DNA of 64,000 nt from the human T2T-CHM13v2.0 reference genome, Homo sapiens, in NCBI RefSeq assembly GCF_009914755.1, contig NC_060947.1; one strand, given 5' to 3'. This document shows positions 29,740 through 44,520 of the stretch, in pieces. The notes beneath the pieces were generated by a model. The model ran no database searches, had not been told where the DNA came from, and saw only the letters and a program-made list of their open reading frames with translations. A program made the translations under genes and the position numbers. Numbering within the stretch: the stretch's first letter is position 1; each line of letters starts with the position of its first letter.

Positions 29740-30070
29740 AGTGACCTCTGGTTGTCCTCGTGGCTCATTATATGCTAATTATAATGCATTAGCATGCTAA
29801 AAGACACTTCCACCTGTGCCACGACAGTTTACAACTGCCATGGCAACATCAAGAAGTTACCCTATATGGTCTAAAAAGGGGAGTAACCCACAGTTCCGGG
29901 AATTGCACACCCCTTTCCCAGAAAACTTATGAATAATCTCCCTGTTTAGCATAGAATCAAGAAATAATAATAAGTATCCTTAGTTGAGCAGCTCAAGCCA
30001 TTGCTCTGCCTATGGAATAGCCATTTTTTATTCCTTTACTTTTTTGATAATCTTGCTTTCACTTAAAAAA
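29740..30070 (+). mobile_element. MER41B-like ERV1 LTR fragment (3' U3 + R) ending in an A-run
   Basis: agtgacctctggttgtcctc..cattatatgctaattataatgcattagcatgctaaaagacact...gctctgcctatgga.tagccatt...cttgctttcactt matches recalled MER41B; U5 absent. Confidence 0.88.
29894..29923. promoter_or_regulatory. Tandem GAS (STAT1) motifs in MER41
   Basis: ttccgggaa 29894-29902 and ttcccagaa 29915-29923 both fit TTCN3GAA; activity untested. Confidence 0.6.
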
Positions 30071-30172
30071 TAATTGAACTAAGATGAAATAGAAAACCTA
30101 AACAGACAATAAAAATAAAACTGAATCAGTAATACAGTCTTTCAACAAGTAAAGTCCAGGATCATGTGGCTT

Positions 30173-31461
30173 TTATTTTAATGTTTATTTTAGCTTCAGG
30201 GATTCATGTGAAAGTTTGTTACATAGGTACACAGGTGTCACTGGGGTTTGTTCAGATTATTTTATCATCCAGGTATTAAGCCCAGTACTCAATAGTTATC
30301 TTTTCTGCTCCTCTCCCTCCCCCTACCCTCCCCCCTCAAGTAGACCCCAGTGTCTATTGTTTCCTTCTTTGTGTTCATAAGCGCTTATTTAGCTCCCACT
30401 TATAAGTGAAAACATGCAGTATTTGGTTTTCTATTTCTGCATTAGTTTGCTAAGGATAATAGCCTCCAGCTCCATCCATGTTCCCGCAAAAGACATGATC
30501 TTCTTCTTTTTTATGGCTGCATAGTATTCTATGGTGTGTATTACATTTTTTTAATTTAATCTATCATTGATGGGCATTTAGATTGATTCCATTCCTTTGG
30601 TATTGTGATTAATGAACATTTGTGTGTGTGAGTCTTTATGGTAGAATGTTTTCTATTCATCTGCATATATACTCAGTAATGGGATTGCTGGGTCGAATGG
30701 TACTTCTGCTTTTAGCTCTTGAAGAAAACTTGCCAAACTGCTTTCCAAAGTGGTTGAAAAGTAATTTCCACTCTCACCAATGGTGTGTAAGTGTTCCCTT
30801 CTCTCCGCAACCTTACCAGCATTTTTTTTTTTTTTTTTGCTTTTTAACAATAGCCATTCTGAGTGTTGTGAGATGGTATTAATTTTGGTTTGATTTGCAT
30901 TTCTCTCATAATTGGTGATATTGAGCTTTTTTCATATGATTGTTGGCCACATGTATGTCTTTGACAAAGCTGACAAAAACAAGCAATTGGGAAAAGACTC
31001 TCTATTCCATAAATGTTGTTGGGATAACTGGCTAGCCATATGCAGAAGATTTAAGCTGGACCCCATCCTTAACACCATATACAAAGGTCAACTCAAGATG
31101 GATTAAAGACTTAAACGTAAAACCCAAAACTATAAAAACTCTGGAAGACAACCTAACCAATACCATCCTGGACATAGGAACAAGCAAAGATTTCATGGCA
31201 AAGACACTGAAAGCAATTGCAACAAAAGCAAAAATAGACATGTGGAATCTAATTGAACTTAAGACCTTCTGCACAGCAAAACAAACTATCAACAGACTGA
31301 ACAGACAACCTACAGAATGGGAGAAAATATTTGCAAACTATGCATCTTACAAAGGTCTACTATCCAGCATCTATAAGGAACTTATACAAATTTACAAGAG
31401 AAAAACAAACAACCCCAATAAAAAGTGGGCCAAGGACATGAAAAGACACTTCTAAAAAGAA
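30173..31461 (-). mobile_element. Old L1PA (approx. PA13-16) with 5' inversion (30173-30960 minus; 30961-31461 plus)
   Basis: The two arms are contiguous in L1 coordinates; TSD atcatgtggctt 30161-30172 / atcgtatggctt 31462-31473. Confidence 0.9.
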
Positions 31462-32707
31462 ATCGTATGGCTTAACTGCTGAATTCTACCAAACACTTAA
31501 CAAAAAATTAATGCCAGTTGTTCTGAAAATATTCCAAAAAACTGAAGCAGAGAGAAATCTTTTTAACTCATTTTATGAAGCCAGCATAACTCTGAAACCA
31601 AAAGCAAGCAAGGACACAACAAAAAAGGAAAACCACATGTCAATACCCCTGACAAATATACACACAAAAATCCTCAAAATATTACTATGAAACTGAATTC
31701 AACCACACATTGGAGATTACACCATGACCAAATGGGATTTATCCCAGGACTTCAAATATGGTTTAAAACATGCAAATCAATAAACATCATGCATCACAGC
31801 AATAGAATTATGAACAAAAATCATATGATCATCTCAATAGATGCATAAAAAGCTTTTGGTAAAATTCATTATCACTTTATGATAAAAACTCTTAATAAAT
31901 TAGGTACAGAAGGCAAATAACATGATGAAGATTATAAACGACAAACCCACAGCTGACATCTTACTGAATGGGGAAAACCTGAAAGCTTTTTCTCTAAGAA
32001 CTAGAACAAGACAAAGATACCCACTCTCACCATTTTTATTCAACATAGTACTGAAAGCCCATTAGGCAACAAAAAGAATTAAAGGGTATCCAAATTGTAA
32101 AGAAGGTAGTAAAATTGTCCCTGTTTGCAGACAACATGGTCACATATACAGAAAAACCTAAAGACTGACTACCAGAAAATTGTTAGAATTGATAAACAAA
32201 TTCAGGAGATTTGCAGGTTACAAAGTTAATAGACAAAAATCAGTGGCATTGCTGTACACGAACAACAAACTAGGTGAAAAAGAAATCAAGAAGGCAATCT
32301 CATTTACAATAGCTACCAAAAAAATAAAATACCTAGGAATAAATTTAACCAAGGAGGTGAAAGACTACATGGACAACTATAAAACTTGGAAAAAAGAAAT
32401 CAAAGATTATACAAACAAATGGAAAGACATTTTATGCTCATGGATCTGGAAGAATATTGTTAAAATGGCAATACAACCCAAAGCAATCTACAGATTCAAT
32501 GCAATTTCCATCAAAATACAATGACATTTCTTACAAAATATAAAAAAGTAATTGCAAAATTTGTATGGAACCACAAATAGCCAAAGTAATTCTGATTAAA
32601 AAGAATAAAGCTAAGGTATCACACTACCAGACCTCAAAATATACTAAACAGCTGTAATAACCAAAACAACATGGTACTGGCATTAAAAAAGACATATAAA
32701 CCAATGA

Positions 32708-33048
<341 letters not shown>

Positions 33049-33420
33049 GTATAGGCAATTGGTCTTTGACAAATGTTTCACAAACACTCCTTAGGGAAAG
33101 GACAGTGTCTTTGGTAAAAGATGCTGGAAAAACTGCATTCATATGCAGCAGAACGAAACTAGACTCCCACCTCTTACGTTATACAAAAATCAACTCAAAA
33201 TTGACCAAACACCTAAATGTCATAGCTGAAATGTAAAACTGCTAGAAAGAAACACAGGGTAAACACTTCAGGATATTGGTCTGCGAAAATATTTGACAGA
33301 TAAGACCTTAAAAACACAGGCAACAAAATCAAAGATGAACAAGTAGGATTAATATAAATGGAAAAGTTTCTGCACAGCAAAGGAGACAATCAGCAGAGTG
33401 GAAAGACAACCTACAGAATG

Positions 33421-34020
33421 TTAAGAAAGTTCAACAATCAAATGATATTTATCCCTAGGACGCAAGGACGGTTAAACATAGGGAAACCAATAAATGTGAT
33501 GCACCACATTAAAGAATGATTTAAAAATATATTGTCTCAAAAGATTCCAAAAAAGCTGTTGAGAAAATTCATCACTCTTTTATGATAAAAAAAGAAAAAC
33601 TGTTAATGCAGAAGGAAATTAACATAATAAAGGCTATATATGAAAAGCCCACAATTAATATTATACTCAGTACTTAGAAAGCAAAATCTTAGCCAGGCAC
33701 AGTGGTTCACACTTGTAATCTCAATGCTTTTAGAAGGTGAGGTGGGATGATTGCTTCAGGCCAGTAGTTCAAAGACAGCCTGGGCAACACAGCAAGATCT
33801 CATCTCTCAAAAAAAAGAAACCAACAAAAAAAAGAAAACCAAAAACAACAACAACAACAAAAAATTAAGTGAAATCTCTAAAATCATAAAGATGGAAAGG
33901 ATTTTCCGTTATGTCACTTGAATTTAACGGTACTGGAAGTCCTAGCCAGAGCAATAAGGCAACGTAGAAAAATAAAAGGCATCTAAGTCAAAAAGGAAGA
34001 AGTAAAATTATTACTTTTTG
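33421..34020 (+). mobile_element. L1M ORF2 RT-region fragment
   Basis: ggacgcaaggacggttaaacata...gaagtcctagccagagcaataaggcaa. Confidence 0.7.
33691..33865 (+). mobile_element. FLAM (free left Alu monomer)
   Basis: Single monomer followed by an A-rich tail. Confidence 0.8.
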
Positions 34021-35264
<1,244 letters not shown>

Positions 35265-36002
35265 TAGCCAGTGGCAACTGTACACTGTCATGCTACCCAG
35301 TGACACTGGGACTGGAGCATTATGGAAATTTGGGCTGTTGCTACTAGGATGGGGAGCAAACTGGGAGCAATTCTACAGCCAGGGTCAGGAAGTGGGTGAA
35401 GCCTGGGTGGCAGTTCCCAGTGTCAATAATTGAACACTGTGCTGCTGATATTTGATACAAGGATGTGAGTGGTGTTCGAGTTACTACTTGGACTTGGTTC
35501 TCAACTGAGTGTGGGCTCTTTCAGCCAGGATGGGGGATCGATCCCCAGCAGGACTGAGGAGTGAGGGGGATGTGCACTTTTCATCTTATAGCCAAATAAA
35601 TTATACAGAGAGTATGCTATTATTTGCACCTAGAATCAAAGACAAAGTACCTAACCCAGCCATTACCATAGATTCATTTTCATGATAGTCCTCCTCTATG
35701 AAAGTAAATTCAAAAATAGGAAGTAATTATTATACCAGATGTACAGATATCAATGTAAGGACACACACACACACAAAAAAAAAAAAAAACACGAAAAAGC
35801 AAGGAAATATGAAACCTTTCCAAGAAATGTAACAATTCTCCAGTAATAGATCTTAATCAGAAGAAATTTTTGGAATCCCAGATAAGGAATTTAAAAGACT
35901 GGTTTTAAACAATCTCAGTGAGATAGAGGGAATTTTGAAAAACAATATAAAGAAATCAGAAAAACAATTCAGGATATGAATAAGAAATTTAACCAGAGAC
36001 AA

Positions 36003-36356
<354 letters not shown>

Positions 36357-36629
36357 TCATTGAAAGAAATAAAAACTATATTTGAAAGCTGCAATAATGG
36401 ATGAAACCATGTAGAAGAAAGAATCTTAGAACTTGAAGGTCTTTTGAAATACTCCAATTAAATAAAAATAAATGAAAATGAATGAGCAAATCTTTCATGA
36501 CTTTTGGGAAAACATACAGTGACCAAATTTACAAATTATTGCTATCACCTAGGTCAAAGAAACAAAGAAACGATTAGAAAACCTATTTAATAAAATAATA
36601 GAAGAAAACTTTCCAAGTCTAGCAAGAGA

Positions 36630-36844
36630 ATAATTATTATTATTATTATTATTATTTCAATAGTTTTTGGGAGACAGGTGGTGTTTGGTTACATGGATAA
36701 GTTCTTTAGCAGTGATTTCTGAGATTTTGGTACACCCTTCACTTGAGTAATGTACACAGTACCTAATGTATAGTATTTTATCCCTTACCCTTCTCCCACC
36801 CTTTCCCTTGAGTGCCCAAAGTCCATGGTATCATTCTCATGCCT
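36630..36844 (-). mobile_element. Short L1PB 3' end insertion
   Basis: (tta)n tail plus antisense L1PB 3'UTR; perfect TSD tctagcaagaga 36618-36629 / 36845-36856. Confidence 0.9.
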
Positions 36845-37504
36845 TCTAGCAAGAGATTTAGACATTCAGATACGGGAGCCTCAGGGAACCCCAGGCATAG
36901 AACTTCAAGTGCACAAAAGTCTTCCCCACACCATATGATAATCAAGCTGTCTAAAGTAAAAGTTTAAAAAGAAAATTCTAAAAACAGCAAGATAAAAGTA
37001 TCTAGTCACCAAAAAAGTAAACCCCATCAGACTAACAGTGGATTTCTCAGCAGAGACCTTATAGGCCAGAAGATAATGGGATGATATATTCACAGTGCTG
37101 ACAAAAAAATACTGCCACCCAACAACAAAATTATTTTTCAGAAACAAAAGAAAAATAAAGCATTTCCAAGTAACAAATGCTGAGCGAATTTGTTACCACT
37201 ACACTAGTACTACAACAGATGTTCAAGGGAGTCTTAAACCTAGAAGTGATAGGACAGCATTCACCATTATGTAATCACATTAAGTATAAAATTTATTAGG
37301 AAAGCAAGCAAGAAAAGGAAGAACAAAAAGGACCCAAATGGCACCGCTATGGAAATTTACCAATCCACAATGGCAATAAGAGAAAAAGAAAGGAACACAG
37401 AATATAGAAAACAACCAAAAATATTAAGAATATGACAGAATAAAGCCTCACATATTAATAACAACCTTGAATGTAAATGGGTTCAATTTTCCTTTTAAAA
37501 GATA

Positions 37505-38100
37505 GCCACTATAGAAAGCAGTTTGGAGATTCCTCAAAGAACTTAAAACGGAACTACCATTCAATCCAGAAATCCCATTACTTGATATATACCCAAAGAA
37601 AAATACATTATTCTACCAAAAAGACACATGCACTCATATGTTAAACATATGAATATTCACAATAGCAAAGACATGGAATCAACCTAGATGCCCATCAACA
37701 ATGAACTGGATAAAGCAAGTGTGGTACAAATAAACCATGGAATACTATGTAGCCATAAAAACATAATGAAACTGTGTCCTTTGCAGCAACATGGATGCAG
37801 CTGGAAGCCATTCTCCTAAGTAAAGTAACACAGAAACAGAAAACCAAATACCACATGTTCTCACTGATTATTGGGAGCTAAACATTGGGTACACATAAAG
37901 ATGGGAACAACAGACACTGGAGAATATGAGAGCAGGGAGCTTGGAGGGAAGGAAGGGTTGCAAACTACCTATCAAGTACTATGCCTACTACCTGGGTGAT
38001 GGGATAATTTACATAGCAAATATCAGTGATGCACAATTTACCCATGTAACAAACCTGCACATGTACCCTTTGAACCTAAAATAAAAGTTGAGAAAAAAAT
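37505..38100 (+). mobile_element. L1PA15/16-like 3' end
   Basis: ORF2 end plus ggagctaaacattgggtacac...gaacctaaaataaaagttgagaaaaaaa. Confidence 0.85.
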
Positions 38101-38114
38101 ATAGAATATCTGGA

Positions 38115-38270
38115 TGTGTGTGTATATACACACACACACGTATATAATACATACCTATACATATATTCTTCAGAAATGAAGGAAAAATAAAGCATTTCCA
38201 AGAATCAAATGCATATACATATATATTTTATACTTATATACATAGGTGTATATATGTATAAAATATATTT
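38115..38270. repeat. TA/CA-rich low-complexity tract
   Basis: tgtgtgtgtatatacacacacacacg...tatata. Confidence 0.75.
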
Positions 38271-38996
38271 ATTTTAAGACATGATTCAATAATATGCTGC
38301 TCACAAAAAAACTGTCCTTACCAGCACACACACATGTATACACATGTGAAAGTAAAGGGATGGAAAAAGTTATCCCACGCAAATGGAAACCGACAGCAAG
38401 TAGTTGTAGCTATATTCATATCAGGAAAAACAAATTTTAAGTCAAAACAGTAAACAAAAAAGACAAAATCATTATATAATGATAAATGAATCAATCAAGC
38501 AAGAGGATATAACAATTATAAATATGTAAGTACCCAACACCGGTGCACTCAGATTCATAAAGCAAATGTTACTAGATCTAGAGAGATTAACTGCAATACA
38601 GTAACAGTGTGGGACTCCCAACACCCCACTCCCAGAATTAGACAGATTATCTAGACAGAACATCAATAAGAAAAAAATCAGATTTAAACTGCACTTTTGG
38701 CCAAGTGAACCTAACAAACATTTACAGATCATTCTATTCAACAACTGCAGAATATACTTTATGTTTATCAGCACATGGAACATTCTTTAGGGTAGATAAT
38801 ATTTGGGGCACAAAACAAGTCTCAACATATTTTAAAAATTTGAAATTACATCAAATATCTTTTCAGACCACAATGGAATAAAACTGGAAATTCATACCAA
38901 GAGAAATTGGGAAGCTATACAAGCACAGGGAAATTAAATGTGCTTGAGTATAACTATTGAGAAAGAAATGAAGATAGAAATTAAGAAATTCCTTGA

Positions 38997-39123
38997 GGCC
39001 AGGTGTGGTGGCTCACACCTGTAATCCCAGCACTTTGGGGGGCCGAGGCAGGTCTAGGATGTTGCTTGTGTCTAGGAGTTTGAGATCAGCCTGCTCAACA
39101 TAGTGAGACCCCATCTTTACAAA
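38997..39123 (+). mobile_element. FLAM
   Basis: Monomer; perfect TSD aagaaattccttga 38983-38996 / 39124-39137. Confidence 0.9.
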
Positions 39124-39504
39124 AAGAAATTCCTTGAAACAAATGAAAATGGAAATATTTCAAAATCTGTGAGATACATCGAAAGCAGTGGCAAGAGGAA
39201 AGTTAATAGAAATAAATGCCTACATTTAAAAACTGCAAAAAAATGCAAATTAACAATGTAACAATGCACCTCAAGGAACTAGACAAAACCTAACCAAGAT
39301 TAGTAGAAGAAAAGAGATAATAAGTATCAGAGCAGAATTAATGATGGCTAAAAAATACAAAGTAGCAATGAAGCAAAGAGTTGGTTCTTCAAAAAGATAA
39401 ACAAAATTGACAATCCACTAGCTAGACTAACCAAGATGAGAGAGGACCCTAATAAGCAAAATCAGAAGTGAAAAAGAGACATTACAGCTGATACCACTGA
39501 AATT

Positions 39505-39532
39505 TTATATACATATATATATATATATATAT
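39505..39532. repeat. (TA)n microsatellite
   Basis: ttatatacatatatatatatatatatat. Confidence 0.9.
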
Positions 39533-40873
39533 CACCAGAGACTATTATGAACAGCTACATGCTGACAACTTTGCACACCTTGAGGAAATGGATAAATTCC
39601 TGGAAACATACAACCTCCCAATATTTAACGAGGAAGATACCGAAAATATGAACAGACCAATAACAAGTAGTGAGATTTACTTAATAATAAAATGTCTTCC
39701 AACAAAGAAAAGCCAAGTACCAGGTGGATTCACTTAATTCTACCAAAATGTACAAAGAACTTATACCAATCCTCCTGAAGCTATTTCAAAAAAGTGAAGA
39801 GAAGGGAATTCTCCATAACTCATTCAATAAGGCCAGCAATTACCCTGAGGCAAAAACCAGACAAGGACACAAGAAAAAAAGAAAACTGCAGGCCAATATC
39901 CCTGATGAATAAAGATGCTAAAATTCTGAGTAAAGTACTAGCAGACCAAATAAAACAGTGCATGAAAAAGTAATACACCAAAATCAGATTGGATTTATGC
40001 AAGGGATGCAGTTATGGTTTAACGTGTATAAAAGAATAAATGTGATACGTCACATGACAGAATAAAGGACAAAAACAATATGACTGTCTCAATAGATGCA
40101 GAAAAAGCACTTAATAAATTTCAACAAAAAGCCATATATGATAAATCCACAGCTAATGTGATACTGAGTGGGGAAAAGTTGAAAGCCTTTCCTCTTATAT
40201 CTCGAATAAGACAAGGATGCCCACTTTCACCACTTCTATTCAGCACAGTACTAGAAGTCCTAGCTAGAGCAATCAGGCAAGGGAAAAAAGTAAAAAGTAT
40301 CCAAATTCGAAAAAAGAAAGTCAAATTGTCTCTCTTGGCTTATGATGTTGTCTTATATTTAGAAAATCTGAAGACTTCACAAAAGAACACTTAGATTTAA
40401 TAAATAAATTTAGTAATGTTACAAGATACAAAATCAACATACAAATATTAGCATTTTTATACATTAAAAATGTTCTAGCTGAGAAGGAAATGAAGAAGAC
40501 AATCCCATTTACAATAGCTACAAAAAGAAAAAAATACTTAAGAATAAATTTAATATAGGAGGTAAAATATCTGTGCAAGGAAAACTACAAAATACAGATG
40601 AAAGAAACTGAATATGACATAATCAAATGAAAAAATATCCCATGTTTATGGGTCAGAAAAGTTAATGTTATTAAAGTGACCATATTGCCCAAGCTATCTA
40701 CAAGTTCAATGTAATCCCAATCAAAATAACAGTGGCATTATTCACAACGTTAGAAAAAAGAAAATTTAAAAATTCACATGGAACACAAACAGAGCCTGAA
40801 TAGCCAAAGCAATCCTGAGAAAAGTGAACAAAAATGCAAACATCATATTATCTAACCTGAAAATATATTACAG

Positions 40874-41042
40874 GTTGGGAGGAGGGCGAGGGTTGAACAA
40901 CTACCTATCAGATACTATACCCACTTCCTGGATGATGAGATTATTCATAACCAAGCCTCGGTGACATGCAATTTACCCATGTAACAAACCTGCACATGTT
41001 TAAATTATTTCAAATTTCATTTTAGGTTCAGGGAGTACATGT
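40874..41042 (+). mobile_element. Short L1PA15/16-like 3'UTR insertion with inverted terminus
   Basis: ggttgggaggagggcgagggttgaacaactacc...cacatgt followed by the reverse complement of the terminal tgaacctaaaat segment. Confidence 0.8.
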
Positions 41043-42614
41043 ATATATTATTATGTATATATTTTATGTTATATAATTATAAATATTTTATATTCATAAT
41101 ATCTAATTTGATATTATATATAAAAGCTATAGTAACCAAAACAGCATGGTATTGGTAAAAAATAGAGACATTGATCCATGGAACAGAATAGAGAATCAAG
41201 AAATAAATTCATACAGCCAACTATTCTTAGACAAAGCTGACAAGAATTTGCATTAGGGAAAAGGACACTCTTCAATAAATGGTGCTGGGAATGTTGGACA
41301 GTCATATGCAAAAGAATGAAACTTGACTTCTATCTCACACTATGTGCATAAATCAACCCAAAATGTTTAAGTTTAAACATAACACCCAAAACTATAATAC
41401 TATTAGAAGAAAACAGATAAAATTGTCCTGGACATTGTCGTAAGCAAGGGATTTATTATCCATCCTCAAGAGTATAGTCAGCAAAAGCAAAAATAGAGAA
41501 ATGGGGCTTAAACTAAAAAGCTTCTATGTAGTAAAAAATAATAATAATAATAACAGAATGAAGAGATAACCTATTGAATGGCAGAAAATATTTCCAACCT
41601 ATTTATCTGACAGGGGACCAATATCCAGAATATAAAACAAACTCAAACAAATCAACAGGAAAACACAAATAATTCCATTTAATGTGGGCAAAGAACATGA
41701 ATAGATATTTCTTAAAAGGTGATATGCAAAATGGTTAACAGATATATGAAAAATGCTGAACATCACTAATCACCAGAAAAATGAATATCAAACCTAATAA
41801 GATGTTATCTTATGCCAGGCAGAGTGGCTATTTAAAAAAACACAAAACAAAAACAAAAAACACATTTTGGCAAAGATGTGGGGAAAAAGAATTGCTTATA
41901 TACTGTTGGAGGGAATGTAAACTGATACAAACACTATGGAAAACAATGTGGAGACTTCCGAAAAAAGTAAATAAATAAAAAAAACCTATATGTAGAATTA
42001 CCATTCACTTAAGCAATCCTACTACTGGGTATCTACCCAAAGGAAAAGATATCAATATATCAAAGGAATACCTGCACTCATGTTAATTGGAGCATTATTC
42101 ACAATACCAAAGATATGGATTCAACCCAAGTATTCCTCAATAGATGAATGGGCAAAGAAAATATACATATACACAATGGAATAGTTTTATCCATTAAAAA
42201 ATAATGAAATCACGTCATTTTCAGCAACATGGATGGAACTAGAGGTCATCATCTTAAGTGAAATAAGCCAGGCACAAAAAGACAAATGCCACATATTCTC
42301 ACTTACATGTAGGAGTAAAAAAATTTGAACACAAGGAGGTAGAGTGTGGAAAAATATATAATACAGACTGGAAAGGTGAATGGGGGGATATGGAAGGATG
42401 AAGAGAAGTGTGTTAAAGGGTACAAACATAAAGTAAGATAAAAGGAATAAATTCAATGTTTGATAGCAGAGTAAGATGACTATAAAAATGTATTTGATTT
42501 TGGTGATGGACATGCTAAATACCGTGACTTGATCACTATGCCTTAAATACATGTAAAAAAATTCTTATGTAGTCTCTGAATTTGAACAAATTAAAATATA
42601 AATAAGAAAAAACA

Positions 42615-43340
42615 AAATGAGATATCACTTCACATCTTTTGTGATGGCCATTATAAAGCAAACAAAAATAAGTGTTGGCTAGAATGTGGAGAAATTGAGT
42701 CCCTGTACAGTGCTTATTGAACTGTAAAATTGTGCAACCACTATGTAAACAGTATGGAAATTCCCCGACACAGTAAAATAGAAATATTAAGAAATAATAT
42801 TTAAAAATTTACTTCTTGGTATTTATTCAAAAGAATTAAAATGGTGATTTTAACGAGATATTTTCACTATCATGTGAATTGCAGTACTATTGAAAATACC
42901 AAGATGTGGAAACTTTTAAATGTTCATCAGTGGATGTATAGATAAACAAAATGTAGTATGTACACACAATGGAATATTATTCAGTCTTCAAAAAGCAGGA
43001 ATGCTGCCATATGTGACAACATAAATGAACCTTGAGGAAATTATTCCAAGTGAAATAGTCCAGTCACAGAATGACAATTACTATATGCTTCTACTTATAT
43101 AAGGCATGTAAAATATTGAGACACATAGAACCAGAGTGTAAAATGGTGGTTGCTAAGGAGTGGGTGCTGGTGAGAATGGGTAGTTGTTATTCTGTGGGTA
43201 TAATTTTTTAATTAGTGATGATAATTAAATTCTAGATATCTACAATATTATGTCTATAGTTAATACTGTACACTATACTTTAAAATTTGTTAAAGGGTAG
43301 ATTTCAAGTTAAGTACTTTTACCAAAATAATAGTTTTTAA
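42615..43340 (+). mobile_element. L1MB-like 3' end
   Basis: atgagatatcacttcaca...aaaatttgttaaagggtagatttcaagttaagt. Confidence 0.75.
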
Positions 43341-43821
43341 ACAACAGATGGAGAAATATATACAATGCTAACACTAATTAAAAGAACATTACCTGCGTTA
43401 ATTTCAGACTTAGCAGATTTTACAGTAAGGGAAATTATCAGGGATAAAAGGGAGCATTAAATAATGATGAAGGGATTAATTCTCTAAAGACATAACAATC
43501 CTGAATATGTATGAAACTAACAATAAGATGTCAAAATATGTGAGGTGACAACTTATTATGAGAAATACAAGAAGAAACAGATGAATCTGCTATTACATAT
43601 GAAGACTTTAAAAGTTCTATATTATAAATGGAAAGATGAGGCAGAAATCAGTAAAGACATAATTTAACTGGACTACCAAATCAGTCGGTTTGATGTAATT
43701 AACATCTATGGACTACTAGTCACAACAGAACACAATTCTTTATCTCACATGGAAAATTCAAGAAAAATCACATTCTGGGCCATAAAACAAATTAAATAGT
43801 TTAAGAGAATAAACAGCATGC

Positions 43822-44150
43822 AAAAAAGAATGAGATCATGTCCTTTACAGGGACATGGATGGAGCTGGAGGCCATAATCCTTTGCAAACTAACACAGGAA
43901 AAGAAAACCAAATACGGCATGTTCTCACTATAAGTGGGAGCCAAATGATGAGAACACATGGATACATAGAGGGAAGCAACATACACTGGGGCTTACTGGA
44001 GGGTGGAGGGTTGGAAGAGAGAGAGGATCTAATGGATGCTGGGCTGAATATCTGGGTGATGGGATGATCTGTGCAACAAGCAAACTACTCTGGCACATAT
44101 TTACCTATGTAACAAACCTGCACATGTACCTCTGAACTTAAAATAGAAGT
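43822..44150 (+). mobile_element. Old L1PA 3' end
   Basis: gagatcatgtcctttacagggacatggatggagctgg...acatgtacctctgaacttaaaat. Confidence 0.85.
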
Positions 44151-44185
44151 TTTTTTTTTTTTAAAGCATACAATATATATTCTCA

Positions 44186-44520
<335 letters not shown>

